In this document: positions 60,769 through 64,000 of the stretch, piece by piece
Layout: every line of letters begins with the position of its first letter
How positions within the stretch are numbered: position 1 is the stretch's first letter
Source of the DNA: Basidiobolus meristosporus CBS 931.73
Taxonomy: Eukaryota > Fungi > Basidiobolomycota
Reading direction: 5' to 3'
DNA: 64,000 nt
Assembly (NCBI GenBank): GCA_002104905.1
Contig: MCFE01000099.1
Span: 108,545-172,544 of the forward strand
Notes under the pieces: model-generated
Told to the model about the DNA's origin: nothing
The model's input: the letters and a program-made list of their open reading frames with translations, nothing else
Database searches by the model: none
Made by a program: the position numbers and the translations under genes

Positions 60769-63537
60769 CTACTGTTGTAGCTTTGATACAAGAGTGTGTA
60801 GCTGAGGGGAATTTGTAGGTAAGTTAATAAGAAGTGATGATAGCTCTTCAGTGCTCAAGACACTGTTCAGTGGGAAGGGGGGTAGCAAGAGAGGTAAGAA
60901 TGACTTGTGAACAACATTAATGAGGGGAATGTGATAAGGATTGATATTCATCATAAAGGGAGTGTGCTGCTGCAGATATTGCTGCCAAAGGTCTGTCAGG
61001 TACTTCAGGTAGGCCAGCTTGGGTTTTTCTGACTGCAGAATATATTCAGCAAACTTCTTGACTTCAGGATCTCCAAGTATAGTTCTCCAGCAGGAGCCAG
61101 GTGTTGTGTGGTGTGTTCTCTTCCAGGCCTTAATCAGTGGGTTGTTGCAGTTGTGAAGTCTGAGGTATAATCTGGTTCTAAGGTAGAGAAGTCTGATCTT
61201 ATAGGGCATAAACCCAAAAGCACCAAGAATAGCATGTCTATAGGGGCATTCAGGCAAATGAGGCACCAAGGAGGTAATGCACCATACTGCAAACTTGTCA
61301 AGCTTAGTGCAGTCTCTAGAAGTAAGAGAGAGAAGTGGTAAGCCAAATTCCAGGACAGGGAAGACAAACTGCTTGAGTAGAAGGAGGCAGCTGGGAGCTG
61401 AAGTTGTAGGAGGAGTAACAGCCAGTAGCTTGTGGAGTGCCTGTCTTGCCAGGATAATTCTCTTCTTCAGGTGTGCTCCAGAGTCTAGTCCAGTAGGAAG
61501 GAAAGGAAAGCCAAGATATGTAGCAGAAACCTGAGCAGGTAGAGTGGAGTTCTCCAAGTTGATGGGAGAGCCCAAAGGTACTGTCTTTGCAATGGAAAGC
61601 TGGAGATTATTCTTCTGCAGATACTGGTGGATGGTCTGGGAGTCTTGTTGCACATTGGAGGAGGATATTCTGATGTCATCAGCAAAGAGAGTAACCAGGC
61701 AGTCAGCTGAGAGTCTTGGGAAATCATTCAGGAAGATGGCAAACAGTATAGGACCAAGCACAGAGCCTTGAACCACTCCATTAGGAACTGAGAACACAGC
61801 TGATTGCTCACTTGGGTGCAGAATTCTTGCATGTGGATCCAGAAACAGAGATCTGACAAGGAGGGTGAGAGAGGTACTGGAGAAGCATTGCAACTTGGAC
61901 CAAAGCAGATTTCTGTCAACTGAATCAAAGGCCTTAGTAATATCAAACAGAACAGAGGGATACTTGCACTGGAGAGAGTGATCTTGGCTAAGTATGACTG
62001 CATATTCCAAGGAGAGGCCAGGAACAAAGCCAAACTGTGCAGGATGAAACTTGAGGGAGTCAGAGTAGAGCTCCTGAGCAAGCAGAAGCTCAAACACCTT
62101 TCTGCAGGTGGGCAGCAGAGATATTGGCCTGTAGGAGCTAGGATCCAGGTGCTTTCCTTTACCCTTGTACAGTGGCAGAACATTTGCAAAGGACCATTCC
62201 TCAGGAGTAGAAAGCTGGGCTGAGCATTGCTGAAACAGTGGAAGCAGAAGTGCAGACATGGCCTTGGTACTAGTCTTCAGAAGCTCATAGGAGATTGTGT
62301 CCACACCTGGAGCAGTAGAGTTGGGAAGCCTCTTGAGCACATTATGGATTCTCCTTTGATCAAGTGCAAGTGGGATGGGCAGAGTCTTGAAGTCAGGATG
62401 AAAGCCAGGAGTTGAGTACTGCTTTGTAGAGAAGAAGATGTTAGCCAGCTGTTCTGTTGAAGGTAACTTCCTGGAAGAGGGCCTCATTGCCCTGTAGAGT
62501 CTTGATACTGTTCTTGTTATAGAGTTGGAAGATTGCAGAGGCAAGGAACTCATAATATGATCCCAGAGCTGAGTATGCAGAGTGTGGTGAATTGCCTTGG
62601 AGTGGTGTATTGCTGTCAGGAGGAGTTTCTCTGTTTTTGGGTTAGGAAAGCTCAGGTAGCTTTGTTGCAGGGCTGAAACAATGGATTCCCATTTTCTTGA
62701 GGTAACAGCAGTAGTCTTGCATGGCAGTGAGAGGGAGGCAGACACCAGAATCAGATGCTTCACAAAGAGCCAGGCAAAGTTGAGATCATCTGGCAGGGAA
62801 AGTAGCAAACTGGCAAGCTTCAAGTAGTTCCCAAAGTCTTTCTTCTGATTCTTGGTAGCTTTGTGGGTGAGCACAGTAAGTTTTGGCAGCTTCTTCTTCA
62901 CAACTGGTTGCATAGAAAGGGACCAGGCTGGGTGGTCAGAGGCTCTCAAGGATCCTAGCTCAGCTCCAGAGAATTGCTTAACTTCATTCACAAAGTAGAG
63001 GGCAGCAGCAGAAGGGCAGATCCAGTCAACACATCTTTTCTCAGATTGAGCACCTAGTGCTAGCAGGTGGCTTTCTCTCAGGAAGTTCAGTAGGAATGTA
63101 GACCTTGGCTTCATTCTTGCAGTCAGAGTAGTCTTGTTCTCAGGATGGGGAATGTTGAGATCTCCAAGCAAGATAACAGGTGTTGATATAGATTGTTGGT
63201 ATTGCTGAACCTTCTGGCATATAACTTGCACTTCCTGAAGGGCTAGACTTGGAGGCAGATAGCAGAGCACCAGACTGATAGTTGGCAACTGGAGAGCAGC
63301 ACAGTAAGGGGAGTAAAGAGGAACACAGAGCTGAGGAGTATTGATGATAGAAGAGATGAAGCAGATAGAGGAGGTATTCTTTGTTCTAGGAGTAGAAAAG
63401 CAATATAGATTAGTCAAAAGTATAGAGGGTAGCTGGACATCAATCAAACACAGGAGGGAAAATCTTGAAAGAAGTCTCTCTAGAGTTGGTCTTGATGGCT
63501 GTATGCTGTTGCAGTTAAGCAACAGAACTTCAGGTAG
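60769..63537 (-). CDS. APE-endonuclease + reverse transcriptase polyprotein (non-LTR ORF2-like), no AUG at its start
   Basis: Endonuclease: LNCNS, YLPP, GDLN, VDWI, SDH. RT: APGVDTISYELLK, YRPISLL, QFGF, FDITKAFDSV, GVVQGSVLGP, FADD. No C-terminal CCHC or RNase H seen. Confidence 0.95.
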   Translation of the reverse strand, partial: LPEVLLLNCNSIQPSRPTLERLLSRFSLLCLIDVQLPSILLTNLYCFSTPRTKNTSSICFISSIINTPQLCVPLYSPYCAALQLPTISLVLCYLPPSLALQEVQVICQKVQQYQQSISTPVILLGDLNIPHPENKTTLTARMKPRSTFLLNFLRESHLLALGAQSEKRCVDWICPSAAALYFVNEVKQFSGAELGSLRASDHPAWSLSMQPVVKKKLPKLTVLTHKATKNQKKDFGNYLKLASLLLSLPDDLNFAWLFVKHLILVSASLSLPCKTTAVTSRKWESIVSALQQSYLSFPNPKTEKLLLTAIHHSKAIHHTLHTQLWDHIMSSLPLQSSNSITRTVSRLYRAMRPSSRKLPSTEQLANIFFSTKQYSTPGFHPDFKTLPIPLALDQRRIHNVLKRLPNSTAPGVDTISYELLKTSTKAMSALLLPLFQQCSAQLSTPEEWSFANVLPLYKGKGKHLDPSSYRPISLLPTCRKVFELLLAQELYSDSLKFHPAQFGFVPGLSLEYAVILSQDHSLQCKYPSVLFDITKAFDSVDRNLLWSKLQCFSSTSLTLLVRSLFLDPHARILHPSEQSAVFSVPNGVVQGSVLGPILFAIFLNDFPRLSADCLVTLFADDIRISSSNVQQDSQTIHQYLQKNNLQLSIAKTVPLGSPINLENSTLPAQVSATYLGFPFLPTGLDSGAHLKKRIILARQALHKLLAVTPPTTSAPSCLLLLKQFVFPVLEFGLPLLSLTSRDCTKLDKFAVWCITSLVPHLPECPYRHAILGAFGFMPYKIRLLYLRTRLYLRLHNCNNPLIKAWKRTHHTTPGSCWRTILGDPEVKKFAEYILQSEKPKLAYLKYLTDLWQQYLQQHTPFMMNINPYHIPLINVVHKSFLPLLLPPFPLNSVLSTEELSSLLINLPTNSPQLHTLVSKLQQ

Positions 63538-63794
63538 TCAGGCAGAGGTTGTAGCTTCTTCAGAGGCAGCATTAACAATGTGACCTGCAGAGTCCCAGAG
63601 CTCTTCAAATGGTGCATCACTTAAGTCAGCAAGGAGGGAAATGGCATGGTTCTTGAGGAAGTATGCCACATCATAGGAGGGGGCTTGTCTCTTGATGGCA
63701 GCAAAGAAAGACAGAATGGCAACATGGGCTGGAGGCTTGTTGAACAGTAGAGAGTCAGAGGATTCAGATTCTTCAGGCACTATCTTGAAGTCAG
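63538..63794 (-). CDS. 3' remnant of an upstream ORF (ORF1-like or N-terminal extension), truncated by the telomere
   Basis: ORF 63538..63780; the frame stays open through 63794 into the (CCCTAA)n array. Confidence 0.6.
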
Positions 63795-64000
63795 TTAGGG
63801 TTAGGGTTAGGGTTAGGGTTAGGGTTAGGGTTAGGGTTAGGGTTAGGGTTAGGGTTAGGGTTAGGGTTAGGGTTAGGGTTAGGGTTAGGGTTAGGGTTAG
63901 GGTTAGGGTTAGGGTTAGGGTTAGGGTTAGGGTTAGGGTTAGGGTTAGGGTTAGGGTTAGGGTTAGGGTTAGGGTTAGGGTTAGGGTTAGGGTTAGGGTT
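63795..64000 (+). repeat. Telomere, (TTAGGG)34 plus TT, running to the end of the window
   Basis: Perfect G-strand repeats on the plus strand. Confidence 0.99.

Larger units (their letters stand above)
60709..63794 (-). mobile_element. LINE family A, copy 4 (terminal, longest)
   Basis: Contains the intact APE-RT ORF and 80+ codons of an upstream in-frame ORF; joined directly to the telomere. Confidence 0.96.

Overview
Right-hand chromosome end of a fungal genome (short spliceosomal introns, TTAGGG telomere; an early-diverging lineage is my inference, not verified). There are three domains. (1) About 1-29.7 kb is a CpG-depleted stack of nested transposons: Ty1/copia, Ty3/gypsy, CACTA/En-Spm, a PIF/ISL2EU remnant and solo LTRs, several with recognisable target-site duplications (TSDs). 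(2) About 29.7-53.3 kb is a CpG-normal gene island: an orphan spliced gene, an NRAMP transporter, gamma-glutamyltranspeptidase, TIM13, a DUF4112 protein, a hypothetical protein, a HAD hydrolase, a RasGEF and an intronless bacterial-type SDR. (3) About 53.9-64 kb is a head-to-tail array of telomere-associated non-LTR retroelements ending in 34 TTAGGG repeats. The array is the most interesting part. It holds four copies of an APE-endonuclease/RT LINE (family A), one diverged relative (family B) and up to three copies of a non-coding element with a tRNA-like head (candidate telomere-targeted SINE). All lie on the minus strand with their 5' ends towards the telomere. All end in the same tail (AATAAA, a CACC-N4/5-GGTG hairpin, then oligo-C instead of poly-A) joined to short TTAGGG or G-rich tracts. 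The terminal LINE has a CpG-free 917-codon ORF without an AUG, in frame with an upstream ORF across a single TGA-CTA. No database searches were possible, so family assignments rest on motifs read by eye.
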